From: Planctomycetota bacterium | GTDB taxonomy: Bacteria; Planctomycetota; B15-G4 | Reading direction: 5' to 3' | DNA: 64,000 bases | Assembly: GCA_038212275.1 (NCBI GenBank) | Contig: JBBQUR010000011.1 | Location: 1 to 64,000 of the forward strand | Shown here: one piece after another, positions 37,677-46,944 of the stretch | Layout: every line of letters starts with the position of its first letter | Position numbering within the stretch: position 1 is the first letter of the stretch | Translations under genes and position numbers: made by a program | The notes under the pieces: model-generated | Database searches by the model: none | What the model saw: only the letters and a program-made list of their open reading frames with translations | Told to the model about the DNA's origin: nothing

Positions 37677-38645
37677 ATGTCAGCCTTCCAGATGGCGCTG
37701 CAATCCCTCTTCAACGACGAAGCATTGGAAACCGCGGCGCGGCACGATAGCGCGTCCCGCTTCCGCTGGCTCGCGCTCGGTGACGACCCCGAGGCCGTCG
37801 CGCTGCGGGCCGGACTGGAGCGCGGCTTCGCGCTGGCAGGCGACAGCGCCGACGTGCTGCGCAAGGGACTCATGCACGAGCGCTGGGGTCAGCACGCCGG
37901 CGCGCTGGCGCACCTGCTCGCACTGGGCATGCTGGCGCGGCAGGGCTGGGCCGTCGCATCGGAGCCGCACCTCGGCGGACAGGCGCCGGACATTCTCGCG
38001 ACGCGCGCCGACGGTGGACGTAGCGACGGCGCGCGCATGCTCGTCGAGGTGCGCTCGATCACCGGCGCGGGGAACTTCCCGTGGGAGGTGCGGCGCGCGC
38101 CGCGCAGCCCGGGCCGCGCGACGCCGGCGCAGCGCGAGGCCGAGGCGCGAGCGGCCGCGCAGGCCGCCGACGCGCTGGTGGAAGCCGTCGACGGCGTGCT
38201 GGAGCGCAAGGCCGAGCGCTACGCGACGCTCGTGCAGCAGCTCGCACTCCCGTTCGTGATCTGCCTTTATGAAGACAAGGACGACCAGATCGCGCCGGCC
38301 GCCGCGCGCGTCGTCTTCGGGCGTGACGGCGCGTTGGATGGCGGCGCATTCGCGGGGCGCTTTGGCGGGCGACCGGGCGGCTCACTCGGCAGCTCGTCCG
38401 TCGGGGTAGCCGGCAGCCCGTCCGGAGGCGCGGGCGACGGCCTGGCCGACGTGTCCGCTGTGCTGGTCTTCGGCCGCCTCGACACCAACGACGGCGCGCT
38501 GCTCCTGCGCGGCAGCGTGCTGCCGAACCCCGCCGCTCGCCGGCCGCTGCTGGAGGATGCGTTCCCGCTGCTGGCGGGGATGCGCGCGGTGCGCGGCCGC
38601 ATGGTGTTCGCCGCGCCCGCGCAACCCTTCGCGCTCACGGACTGA
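37677..38645 (+). CDS. hypothetical protein, possible PD-(D/E)xK nuclease fold
   Basis: EPHLGGQAPDILATR...LVEVRS; LERKAERY...LPFVICL; DVSAVL...PNPAA. Confidence 0.55.
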   Translation: MSAFQMALQSLFNDEALETAARHDSASRFRWLALGDDPEAVALRAGLERGFALAGDSADVLRKGLMHERWGQHAGALAHLLALGMLARQGWAVASEPHLGGQAPDILATRADGGRSDGARMLVEVRSITGAGNFPWEVRRAPRSPGRATPAQREAEARAAAQAADALVEAVDGVLERKAERYATLVQQLALPFVICLYEDKDDQIAPAAARVVFGRDGALDGGAFAGRFGGRPGGSLGSSSVGVAGSPSGGAGDGLADVSAVLVFGRLDTNDGALLLRGSVLPNPAARRPLLEDAFPLLAGMRAVRGRMVFAAPAQPFALTD

Positions 38646-38662
38646 AGCCGTCCCGGCTCGGC

Positions 38663-41155
38663 TCAGGGTGTCGTCGCGGTGATCGCGTTGCTGGCCGAGA
38701 AACCGGAGGGCCCCGCGGGATCGATGACCCACTCCTGCATCCAGAGCGTGGCGCCGGACGGCAGGCCCGCCGGCCCGATGAGGGTGAGCTTCTGCGCGCC
38801 GGCGCCGTCGATGGGCAGGCCGGCGATGAGCAGGTCGGGCGCGGGGACCAGCGTGCCGCCCTTGAACGGCGCGTGGATCGCCGAGACACCGACCAGGAGC
38901 GCCGCGCTGCTGCCCGGCTTCGCGTTCGTGAGCGCGAGCGCGAGCACGTCGCCGGCGATGAGCGTGCCCTTGCCGACGAATTGCGGGACGCCGCTCACAC
39001 CTGCCAGGCCGAAGCCGAGGTCGGCCCAGGGTTCCGGGAGCAGGTCGAGGTCGAAGGCATAGGCCGCGCCGGAGCCGGGAATGTCGTTGTTGGCCCCGTT
39101 GCCGTTCACGCCAGTCGCGTTGCTGTCCTCGCTGTACGCGGAACTCGCGACGACGTCGCCGGAGATGGCGACGCCGATGCCGAAGTTGTCGAGCGAGCCG
39201 GTGTTCGAGGCCTTGAGGTAGGCCTGCTGGCTCCACGTGGTGCCGTTGCGCACGAAGACGTAGGCCGCGCCGGCATCGCCGGCCGCGTCGTCCGAGGCGC
39301 CGTTCACGCCGGTGGCGCCGCCATCTTCGGTCCACGCGCCCACCACGATCGCGTTGCCGGAGACGGCCACCGCGTTGCCGAAGGCGTCGCCATCGCCGGT
39401 GTTGGAGGCCTTGAGGTAGGCCTGCTGACTCCACGTCGCGCCGTTGCGCACGTAGACGTAGGCGGCGCCGGAGTTGACCGCGCCATTGTTGTCGTCGTCG
39501 CCATCCACGCCGGTGGCGTTGCTGTCTTCATTGGGCGCGCCGACGACGACCGTGTCGCCGGAGACGGACACGGACTGTCCGAAGTCCTCGAAGTTGCTCT
39601 GGACCGCGGAGGGTTTGAGGTAGGCCTGCTGCGTCCACGTGGTGCCGCTGCGCGCGAACACCCACGCCGCGCCGACGCGGTTCAGGCTGTCGTCGTTCTC
39701 GTCGCCATTCACGCCGGTGGCGTTGCTGTCCTCGCCGGTGCCGCCCACGGCGATCGTGTCACCCGAGATGGCCACCGACTGGCCGAAGAAGTCGTCCACG
39801 TCCGACGTGGAAGCCTTGAGGTAGGCCTGCTGTGTCCACGTCGTACCGCTGCGCACGAACACGTAGGCGGCGCCGGAGCCGGAGAGACTGTTGCTGAGCT
39901 GGTTGCCGTTCACGCCCGTGGCGTTGCTCGCCTCCTTGTAGGCGCCGACGACGATGCCGTCGCCCGCGATGGCGACGGAGATCCCGAACCAGTCGTTCGC
40001 GCCGGTGTTCGAGGCTTTGAGATACGCCTGCTGGCTCCACGTGGTGCCGTTGCGCACGAAGACGTAGGCCGCGCCGGAGGACAAGGCGGAGTTGTCGGCC
40101 TGGCTGCCGTTCACGCCGACGGCGCTGCTGTCCTCGAGCCACGCGCCCACGACGATGGTGTCGCCAGAGATCGCGACCGCGCGGCCGAACTGGTCGAGCG
40201 CACCGGTGTTCGAGGCCTTGAGATAGGCCTGTTGGCTCCACGTGCCGCCGGTGCGCACGAACACGTACGCCGCGCCGGCGTTCTGCAGGCTGTTGTTCGC
40301 CTGGTCACCGTTCACGCCGGTGGCGTTGCTGAACTCCAGCTCCGCGCCGACGACCACCGTGTCGTCCGAGACGGCGATCACGCGCCCGAACTCGTCGAAG
40401 GAGCCGGGGTTCGAGGCCTTGAGATACGCCTGCTGCGCGATGGGATCGACGGTGAGCGGGTAGCGTGCGCCGTCCTCCTCCACGCAGAGGTGCAGCAGGT
40501 CGCCCGTGCGCTCGATGCGCGCGGCGAGTTCGCGACCGTCGGCATCGAAGGCCGTCAGGCCGCTGTAGGTGAGCGCGACGGCGCCGGTCCCGTCGAGGAA
40601 GTGCACGCCGCGGCCGTCGCCGTCCACGTCGGGGGCCAGCGTGCCGTCCACGGCCAACGTCAGCGTGAGCGGGCCGCGCTGCGCCTCGCCGCACGGCGGG
40701 CGCTGCAGCACGGTGAAGCCGTGCTCGAGGCCGCGCGCATCGTTGAGGTACCACTCCTGCAGCGTGGCGTCCCAGTTCCGGGCCATGCGTGCACCGTCGG
40801 TGGCGAGGCTCGCCGGCTCGACGACGAGGCTCTCGTTGCCAGCGAAGCCGTAGCTCCTGAGTTGCAGGCCCCACGTCCAGCCGCCGGCAGCGGGCACGGT
40901 GCTCGCACCGTGATCATCGATGCGCGTGTGCCAGCCCTGCCCGGGATTGTGGAGCAGGTAGCCGCCGTCCACCGGTTGCGCCGCGTGCCGGGCGGCCTCA
41001 TGCGCGGCACGGATGCCGGACCAGTCGGCGGCGCTGAACCCGCCACGGGCCGGGTCGGCCAACGGGCCGGTGGATGGGACGACCAACTGACCAGATGCCG
41101 GGGTGAGCAGGAGCAGCGTGCCGAGAGCGACGACCGGCCAGCGGGAGTGAATCAT
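38663..41155 (-). CDS. secreted FG-GAP/integrin-alpha-like beta-propeller protein with conserved C-terminal domain
   Basis: Signal peptide; EWYLND.RGLEHGF; six QQAYLKxS...FG..VA.SG.T.VVGA...GAAYVF repeats. Confidence 0.9.
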   Translation of the reverse strand: MIHSRWPVVALGTLLLLTPASGQLVVPSTGPLADPARGGFSAADWSGIRAAHEAARHAAQPVDGGYLLHNPGQGWHTRIDDHGASTVPAAGGWTWGLQLRSYGFAGNESLVVEPASLATDGARMARNWDATLQEWYLNDARGLEHGFTVLQRPPCGEAQRGPLTLTLAVDGTLAPDVDGDGRGVHFLDGTGAVALTYSGLTAFDADGRELAARIERTGDLLHLCVEEDGARYPLTVDPIAQQAYLKASNPGSFDEFGRVIAVSDDTVVVGAELEFSNATGVNGDQANNSLQNAGAAYVFVRTGGTWSQQAYLKASNTGALDQFGRAVAISGDTIVVGAWLEDSSAVGVNGSQADNSALSSGAAYVFVRNGTTWSQQAYLKASNTGANDWFGISVAIAGDGIVVGAYKEASNATGVNGNQLSNSLSGSGAAYVFVRSGTTWTQQAYLKASTSDVDDFFGQSVAISGDTIAVGGTGEDSNATGVNGDENDDSLNRVGAAWVFARSGTTWTQQAYLKPSAVQSNFEDFGQSVSVSGDTVVVGAPNEDSNATGVDGDDDNNGAVNSGAAYVYVRNGATWSQQAYLKASNTGDGDAFGNAVAVSGNAIVVGAWTEDGGATGVNGASDDAAGDAGAAYVFVRNGTTWSQQAYLKASNTGSLDNFGIGVAISGDVVASSAYSEDSNATGVNGNGANNDIPGSGAAYAFDLDLLPEPWADLGFGLAGVSGVPQFVGKGTLIAGDVLALALTNAKPGSSAALLVGVSAIHAPFKGGTLVPAPDLLIAGLPIDGAGAQKLTLIGPAGLPSGATLWMQEWVIDPAGPSGFSASNAITATTP

Positions 41156-41227
41156 GGGTGCATCCTGGGGGGCGCGGCGAAGCCTAGGGCACGGTTCGGC
41201 TTCTGTCTACTCGCGTGCTCGATGCGG

Positions 41228-41307
41228 TGCGCTCGTGCGCAAGGCCGAGCGCAAGGCCGAGCGCAAGGCCGAGCGCTACGCGATGCTCGTGCAGCTGCTC
41301 GCGCTCG
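41228..41307 (+). pseudogene. duplicated fragment of the 37677-38645 gene with a 10-bp tandem expansion
   Basis: GCGCAAGGCCGAGCGCTACGCGATGCTCGTGCAGCTGCTCGC matches 38204-38245 almost exactly; the junction carries short tandem copies reading RKAE x3. Confidence 0.7.
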
Positions 41308-41336
41308 GGGACTCACGCGACGCCGGGCCTTTTGCG

Positions 41337-41789
41337 CTACGGCGAGATTCCCTGCACGGCGTTCGACAGCGCGATGCCGGCGGGCGCCGCGTCATCGGGC
41401 AGCGGAGAGGGCACACCGTTGCCGGGCGCGAGGTCACCGACGACCGGGTTGGAGATGTCGTGGCAGGTGCCGCACAGTTCCGATTGGCGGTGCAGCTTGC
41501 TCTGGATGGTCGAGTGGAAGGCTGGCGGATCGAGATAGGGCCCGAGCAGCTCCGAGCCGTTCCAGAGCACGTACTCGCCGCAGCCGACGAAGCCCTTGGC
41601 CGGGTTGCCGCCGTCGTTGGCGATGTAGGGCGGGTACTGGGTCCCGAGGATCTCGGACTGGTCCGGGTTGGTGATCCGATGGCAGGCGATGCACACCACG
41701 CCGTCACCGTCGATGATCGTGTCGGCCGCAGCCCGCGCGGCGCCGAGCGCCGTCGCCGCAGCGAACATCACGCACGTCAGGAGCTTCAT
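41337..41789 (-). CDS. short di-heme c-type cytochrome or truncated multiheme cytochrome remnant
   Basis: Signal peptide, then CIACH and CGTCH motifs in 150 aa. Confidence 0.55.
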   Translation of the reverse strand: MKLLTCVMFAAATALGAARAAADTIIDGDGVVCIACHRITNPDQSEILGTQYPPYIANDGGNPAKGFVGCGEYVLWNGSELLGPYLDPPAFHSTIQSKLHRQSELCGTCHDISNPVVGDLAPGNGVPSPLPDDAAPAGIALSNAVQGISP

Positions 41790-42050
41790 CCCGGGTCTCT
41801 CCGGAAACTGTTTGGCCCTGCAAACGACGCGACGCGCTGCAACCGTTTCCTGCGGGACAGCGGCAGCGTGCCGACGGGTGGGAATCCTACCGCGCTCGGC
41901 GAGTCTCGGGGACCGCCGACGCGCAGGAGCTGATCATGCCCCGGTCAGGTGGACACCCGCAGAGGAGCCGACGCTGCTCCGAGAAGTCGCCGCGCCCATG
42001 ACGACGCGCCGGTCAGTGCAGAGCGTGCCCGCCGAGTTCCCGAGCAGCAC

Positions 42051-42158
42051 TCAGGGCTGCACCTCGATGCGCCGCGCCGCGGTGCTCGCGAACGACTCGG
42101 GCTGGCAGGCGTCTGGCCACACGAACTGCGCGGCGAAGACCTGCCCGGCGGCCGCGCC
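42051..42158 (-). pseudogene. relic of a secreted-protein C-terminal domain
   Basis: Reads GAAAGQVFAAQFVWPDACQPESFASTAARRIEVQP*; no in-frame start back to the upstream stop at 42270. Confidence 0.45.
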
Positions 42159-42269
42159 GGGTGGCGCACCGGCGGCCCGCTCGACAGACCCGGTGCCACG
42201 GGTTTTGCAGCCGCCACCGCGGTTTGCGCAATCGCCTGGAGGATCACGCGCCTGCCATCCGGCGATGTC

Positions 42270-42764
42270 TCAGACGTCCTGGGCGGTCAACTCGCCTGTG
42301 GCGCCGTTGCACGAGATGCTGCGGCGCAGGCCGTCGCAGAGCAGCGTGACGGTCCCGCCCGCGAGCGGCACGCCCTGCGCATCGAAGACGAGGGCGATGC
42401 CCGTGCTGCCGAAGTCCGCGGCGTCGATCGCGATGCCGTGCGGTTCACCTGGCTTGCTGAAGCTGACCACGTAGGGCTGCTTGGTGAGGGGATCGGGCAC
42501 CTGCGTGCCGGTGATGTCCACGATCGTGAAGCGATCGTGCTCGAGGTCGAACACGACGCCGCAGGGTGAGCGAGCAGAGCGTGCCACGGCGCACGCGTGG
42601 GTCATCGCATCGCGCACCGACACTTCCGCGAGATCCAGCGCCTGCGCACCGCTGCGGCCCGAGATCAGGCCGGTGATGCCGCTGAGGAATCCCATGATCA
42701 GCACGACCACCAGGATTTCCACCAGGGTCAGGCCGGCTTCGGCGCGGCGCGGGGGCAGCGTCAT
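42270..42764 (-). CDS. FimT/GspH-like prepilin
   Basis: Class III signal AG/LTLVEILVV; C-terminal VFDAQGVP..GGTVTL. Confidence 0.85.
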   Translation of the reverse strand: MTLPPRRAEAGLTLVEILVVVLIMGFLSGITGLISGRSGAQALDLAEVSVRDAMTHACAVARSARSPCGVVFDLEHDRFTIVDITGTQVPDPLTKQPYVVSFSKPGEPHGIAIDAADFGSTGIALVFDAQGVPLAGGTVTLLCDGLRRSISCNGATGELTAQDV

Positions 42765-43732
42765 GGCCATTCGAAGTCCGTGATGGCCGTGACGTCGACG
42801 GCCGTGCTGATGAGCGGCACCCAGGCCACGTAGTCGAGGTCCCACATCGTGCCCATCTCGAGTTGGTCCGACCACGCGGCGGGGAGTCGGCCGGCTTCGG
42901 GTTGGTCGATCTGCGCATCCAGCGAGAACGGCGTGACGGAGGCCAGGTTGCCGTGGATGGCGCCGATGCCCGAAAAGTCGAGCGTGTGCGCCAGCACGTC
43001 CCCGGTGATCTGAAGGCTGGCGGCCGTACCCGTGCTGAGAAAGCGCCCGTCGGCCAGCATCACGGCGACACCGCTAAGAAAGCTTCCGGAGTCGATCCGG
43101 AAGTTTCCGGCCACGCGTGCGGTGGGCGCCTCATCGGGGTCGAACTCGTCGAAGGGGCTGCCGTGCACCACGCGGTCCGTGGTGAGCAGCCCCAGCAGCG
43201 TGACGTTGTCAAAGGTGATGTCCGCGCCGTCCTCGAGGACGAGGATGCCCGTGTAGTCGGTGTCCGAAATGGTCTGCGTGCCGCCGAGGTAGGTCTTGGG
43301 AATCGAGCCGTCGAGCAGCAGGGAGGTCAGCGTCGCCGGCGGGATCGTCGGCAGGGTTGCCGGGCCGGTAGTGTCCGGCGTGGCGCGGCGCGCAACTTCC
43401 AGCAGTGATGTGGAGCCGATGCCGCTGCTGTCCACCGCCCGCGCGAGGATGCTGCCGTGACCGTCGTCGAGGTCGGCCACTTGCACCGAGGCGCTGCGTC
43501 CGCCGTTGCCGACTGTGGCGCTGCTCACGCCGGGCGAGACACGCAGCACCTGGCGGCCCCAGTTCACCGCGGAGTCCACGGCGTCGGAGGCATCGGTGCT
43601 CTGCCGGGCGAGTGCCGAGTCTTCGTGAGTGAGCGCCACGTGCCTCAGGTAGGTGACGCCCATGACGCTGCACAGGCCGACGAGCATCAGCACCATGAGC
43701 AGCGCGAAACCGGACTGCCGCTGCCTGCTCAC
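42761..43732 (-). CDS. PilX/GspK-like minor pilin
   Basis: SG/FALLMVLML (no Glu5, as in PilX/GspK); GTGA-coupled to the upstream gene. Confidence 0.7.
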   Translation of the reverse strand: MSRQRQSGFALLMVLMLVGLCSVMGVTYLRHVALTHEDSALARQSTDASDAVDSAVNWGRQVLRVSPGVSSATVGNGGRSASVQVADLDDGHGSILARAVDSSGIGSTSLLEVARRATPDTTGPATLPTIPPATLTSLLLDGSIPKTYLGGTQTISDTDYTGILVLEDGADITFDNVTLLGLLTTDRVVHGSPFDEFDPDEAPTARVAGNFRIDSGSFLSGVAVMLADGRFLSTGTAASLQITGDVLAHTLDFSGIGAIHGNLASVTPFSLDAQIDQPEAGRLPAAWSDQLEMGTMWDLDYVAWVPLISTAVDVTAITDFEWP

Positions 43733-44217
43733 GGCGCCAGCCACCACTGCCAGGTGTCCACCGGCACATCGTCCTTCAGCACCGTGACGCGAAGCTGGTA
43801 GATCCGGTTGCTGAGCGAAGGCAGCGCGATGCCCGGGTCGTCTTCCAGCGGCGTAGCGAGATCGTCGAGCGAGTACAGCACGAGGGTGACCTGCTGGGTC
43901 CACGCGCCAAGCGATTCATCCGCGGACTTGTCCGCGCGGATGGGCGGGCAGAACTCGGCGCCGATCAGGCTGTCCAGGGCCACGACGTCGGCGCCGGTCG
44001 TGACACCCGGAATGCCGGACGGTTGTCGCGACAGCGTCTGCGCCAGGGACTGGATGTCCTGCGCGATCCGCGTGGCGACCAGCGGTTCGGCTTCAATGTC
44101 CGCCTTGCTGCTGGTGGCGCCGGACAGAGCCCACGACACGCCGGCAAGCGCGACGCCGGCCATGACCGAAGCGACCAGCACTTCGATGAGCGAAAAGCCT
44201 CGGGTGGAGCGCTTCAT
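43729..44217 (-). CDS. PilV/GspI-like prepilin
   Basis: MKRSTRG/FSLIEVLVA. Confidence 0.85.
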   Translation of the reverse strand: MKRSTRGFSLIEVLVASVMAGVALAGVSWALSGATSSKADIEAEPLVATRIAQDIQSLAQTLSRQPSGIPGVTTGADVVALDSLIGAEFCPPIRADKSADESLGAWTQQVTLVLYSLDDLATPLEDDPGIALPSLSNRIYQLRVTVLKDDVPVDTWQWWLAP

Positions 44218-44843
44218 GGGTCTTCCAGTTGCAGCGCGGGCAATTCGCCGGGTGCTGTGCCGAGCCACTCGTTCTCGATCGCGACCTGCCCGGCCACGAC
44301 AGCCGAGCCGGTGATCTCGCGGCCGTCGTCGAGCTCCAGGTGCATGGTCACCCTGCGCGTCACGTCGTGAGCGGTGGTCTGCGTCCACGTGCAATGGCTC
44401 TCGATGTGCGCAGCGACCAGCGCCGCCTGCGGCACCAGCGAGCCACCCGATGCCTTGAAAGCCACCCCCGAACCGCTGCTGGCGCCCGAGGCCATCGAGC
44501 GGACGAAGACTGTTTCCGAGCCGCTCACCGAGAGCACCAGGGTGTACGCCTTGCCCGGCTTGATGAGCGCGTTCATCGAACTGAGGTTCACGGCGATCTG
44601 TGCGCTGGGCACCGCGGCCTGCTGCAGTGCGGGCGGCGGGCCCGACACGAAGGTCGTCGGTGGCAGCGTGGAGGTATTGATGGTGACCGAACCCAGCACA
44701 GGGCCGAACGGTCGCGCATCCCCCGGCGCACGTGCTTCGTAGAGACTGATGGTCAGTGTCGCTGCCTGGCTCCGGGCTGCCGGCGCGAGACCCAGCATGC
44801 AGAGCAGGCAGGCCAGCAAGGGAAACATGAGTGTTCTCCGCAT
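44214..44843 (-). CDS. secreted hypothetical protein in the pilin operon
   Basis: Sec-type signal MRRTLMFPLLACLLCMLGLAPAARS; ATGA coupling downstream. Confidence 0.65.
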   Translation of the reverse strand: MRRTLMFPLLACLLCMLGLAPAARSQAATLTISLYEARAPGDARPFGPVLGSVTINTSTLPPTTFVSGPPPALQQAAVPSAQIAVNLSSMNALIKPGKAYTLVLSVSGSETVFVRSMASGASSGSGVAFKASGGSLVPQAALVAAHIESHCTWTQTTAHDVTRRVTMHLELDDGREITGSAVVAGQVAIENEWLGTAPGELPALQLEDP

Positions 44844-44844
44844 G

Positions 44845-45768
44845 TCAGTAGGCCCCCGGGGCGCCGCACTTCTTGCTGCCCGAGTTCGCGGTGGAGGTCC
44901 TGCCGTTGAGCGTCCAGACCTGGTTGCCGGACGAACCGTCGAACGGCACCTCGAAGACGAAGTTGTGCCGGCCTGTGAGGAACACGGTCACCTGCCCGCG
45001 ATCCTGCGGGTTGGGCGTGAACTTGTTGGCTGAGCCCACCGGGATCGTCACGACGTACGGGTTCGGGTTGAGGTAGCCGAAGTAGGCGATGTACGTGCCG
45101 TCGCCATTGTCGTAGACGCACTCGAGCACCGGTGAAATCTTGCCCTGGCTGCCGTTGGTGGATGTGACCTGTACGTAGAGCTTGTCCAGCGTTCCGGAGA
45201 GGCGCTTCTCCGTCACGTCCGGCACGAGCTGCGCGCTCGCCGGCGCGAGGCTGGGCACGGTGAATCCGAGAGCCAGTTCCGTGCCCGTGGACAGCGTGAA
45301 GTAACCGGCCGTGCCATTGGGCTCGGTCACCGCCCACGGCGTGTCCACGTTCGTGACGGGCGGCGCTTCGCGCAGGCGCCGCATCGTCTCGAGTTCGAAG
45401 GTCGCGTGGGTGACGCCACCCAGCAGCGTGCCGATGTCGCCGTCGGGGCGCGCCACCTTCAGGGCGCCGTCCGCCACGTAAAAGCTGGTCTGGTTGCCCA
45501 ATGCATCCTGGACGTCGAGGTGGTCTACCGCCGGTGATTCCACGATCCACGCCTGGCGTGTGGCATCGCTCACCGTGTTCAGGGCGCGCTCCATCGCCGT
45601 GTCGGGCTCCGCGCGTGCAGCCGTCACGTGCTGGGCGAACATTCCGGACATCCGCGCCACGCCCATGACGAGCATCGCGCCCAACGTCGCCGCCAGCAGC
45701 AATTCGATGAGCGAGAAACCGGCGCCGGCCCTCGCACCACTCGGGACCACGCAGGCCGTTTCGGACAT
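44845..45768 (-). CDS. PilW/GspJ-like prepilin with an extra C-terminal beta-domain
   Basis: AG/FSLIELLLA; C-terminal PVLECVYDNGDGTYIAYFGYLN...GRTSTA...C module. Confidence 0.8.
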   Translation of the reverse strand: MSETACVVPSGARAGAGFSLIELLLAATLGAMLVMGVARMSGMFAQHVTAARAEPDTAMERALNTVSDATRQAWIVESPAVDHLDVQDALGNQTSFYVADGALKVARPDGDIGTLLGGVTHATFELETMRRLREAPPVTNVDTPWAVTEPNGTAGYFTLSTGTELALGFTVPSLAPASAQLVPDVTEKRLSGTLDKLYVQVTSTNGSQGKISPVLECVYDNGDGTYIAYFGYLNPNPYVVTIPVGSANKFTPNPQDRGQVTVFLTGRHNFVFEVPFDGSSGNQVWTLNGRTSTANSGSKKCGAPGAY

Positions 45769-46013
45769 GGGAGACAGCTCCGTTGGAGAATCGCAGGGTC
45801 CATCGAACGACGCGGGGAGCGACTTGAATGGGCCGCCGTTGAAGCCATCGGTCGCAGGCGTGCTCGATGCGAAAGCTCTCAGCCTCCGGCCCGTGGAGGT
45901 GCCGACCATCTGCGAGTCCCTGAGTCGGGGTGGCTCCGTGAAGGACCGCGTCGCCGTCTTCATGCTGGAAGCAGCAGAGCTGCATCGCCGCCGTGGAAAC
46001 GGATCCGGCCGGA

Positions 46014-46199
46014 GACACGGCGTCCGTCCGGTCGCCTCGAGCCATCACGGGCTGGATCCAGCCGCCGGCGCCTCGCGTCAGCTTTCGCGTCCGACTCCCG
46101 GCCCAGACCCGGCAGCGTGCTCGAGAACAGCGTGCCGTTGCGCAGCGTGAGGCAGCCGGCGGCGATGGCGAGCACGACTCGTCCATGCAGCCCACCATG
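46014..46199 (-). pseudogene. degenerate duplicate of the epimerase 3' end and downstream sequence
   Basis: Reads MVGCMDES / LAIAAG-CLTLRNGTLFSSTLPGLG versus the intact gene MVGCMDESALAIAAG...AAGCLTLRNGTLFPNTLPGLG; the downstream flank CCTCGCGTCAGCT is also shared. Confidence 0.85.
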
Positions 46200-46904
46200 G
46201 GCGCGAGCGAAGACGTCGGCGCGAGCGTCGCCGGCGGGGCGCGCGGCGCGGCGCTCGGACGCCCGCAGCCGTTCAACCGCGTGGAGGCCGCGTACACGGA
46301 GATGGCGCGCGACGCCGGAGTCCTCGCCACCCGGATCAGCGTGCTGGAGCAGGACGGGCTCGCGCACCTGCTCGTGCACCGCCTCGACCTCGACGGCGAG
46401 CAGCGACGCCATCAGCACACGCTCGGAGGCCTCCAGCACATCGACTACAACGACACGGGCGCGAGCAGCTACGAGGAATACCTGCGCACGGTGCTCGGCC
46501 TCGGGCTGCCGCACGCGGATGTGGAGCAGGCCTGCGTGCGCATGCTGTTCAACCTGGTGGCGGTCAACCAGGATGACCACGTCAAGAACCTCTCCTTTCA
46601 CATGGACGCCTCCGGGGCCTGGTCACTCTCGCCGGCGTACGACCTGACCTTCGCGCGGGGGCCCGGCTTCACGGCACGCCACCAGATGCGGGTGCGCGAC
46701 CGCACGGAGGGCATCACCGCGGAGGACCTGCTCGCCGTGTGCGCGGAGTTCGGCGTGGACGATCCGGGCGCGCTGCTCCAACGCGTGCGGGACAGCGTGG
46801 CGCGTTTCGAGGAGTTCGCTGCCGCCACCGGCGTCCCGGCGGACACGCGGACGGCCGTGCGAAAGGCGCTGGACCTCCGCGCCGCCGAGTTGGGCGCGGC
46901 CTGA
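46197..46904 (+). pseudogene. hipA: HipA-family toxin kinase, C-terminal fragment only
   Basis: EAAYTEMARDAG, HRLD, RMLFNLVAVNQDDHVKNLSF, LSPAYDLT. N-terminal region and the GGARPK-type P-loop are absent, and there is no hipB. Confidence 0.8.
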
Positions 46905-46944
46905 GCGACACGGCGGCAACACGGGTCTGATCCGGCACCTCGCG

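Noticed and set aside
39050..40440. Regularly spaced ~190-bp DNA repeats (GAGGCCTTGAGGTAGGCCTGCTG) resembling an array
   Set aside because: They are coding FG-GAP propeller repeats (QQAYLKAS), not CRISPR; there are no unique spacers and no cas genes.
41805..41850. ECF sigma promoter (GGAAAC...CGTT) upstream of the cytochrome fragment
   Set aside because: The spacing is ambiguous and this is a single instance, so it cannot be supported.
45993..46904. Intact 303-aa HipA toxin / functional TA module
   Set aside because: The first ~70-90 codons overlap the epimerase relic on the opposite strand. The N-terminal kinase elements and any antitoxin are missing.
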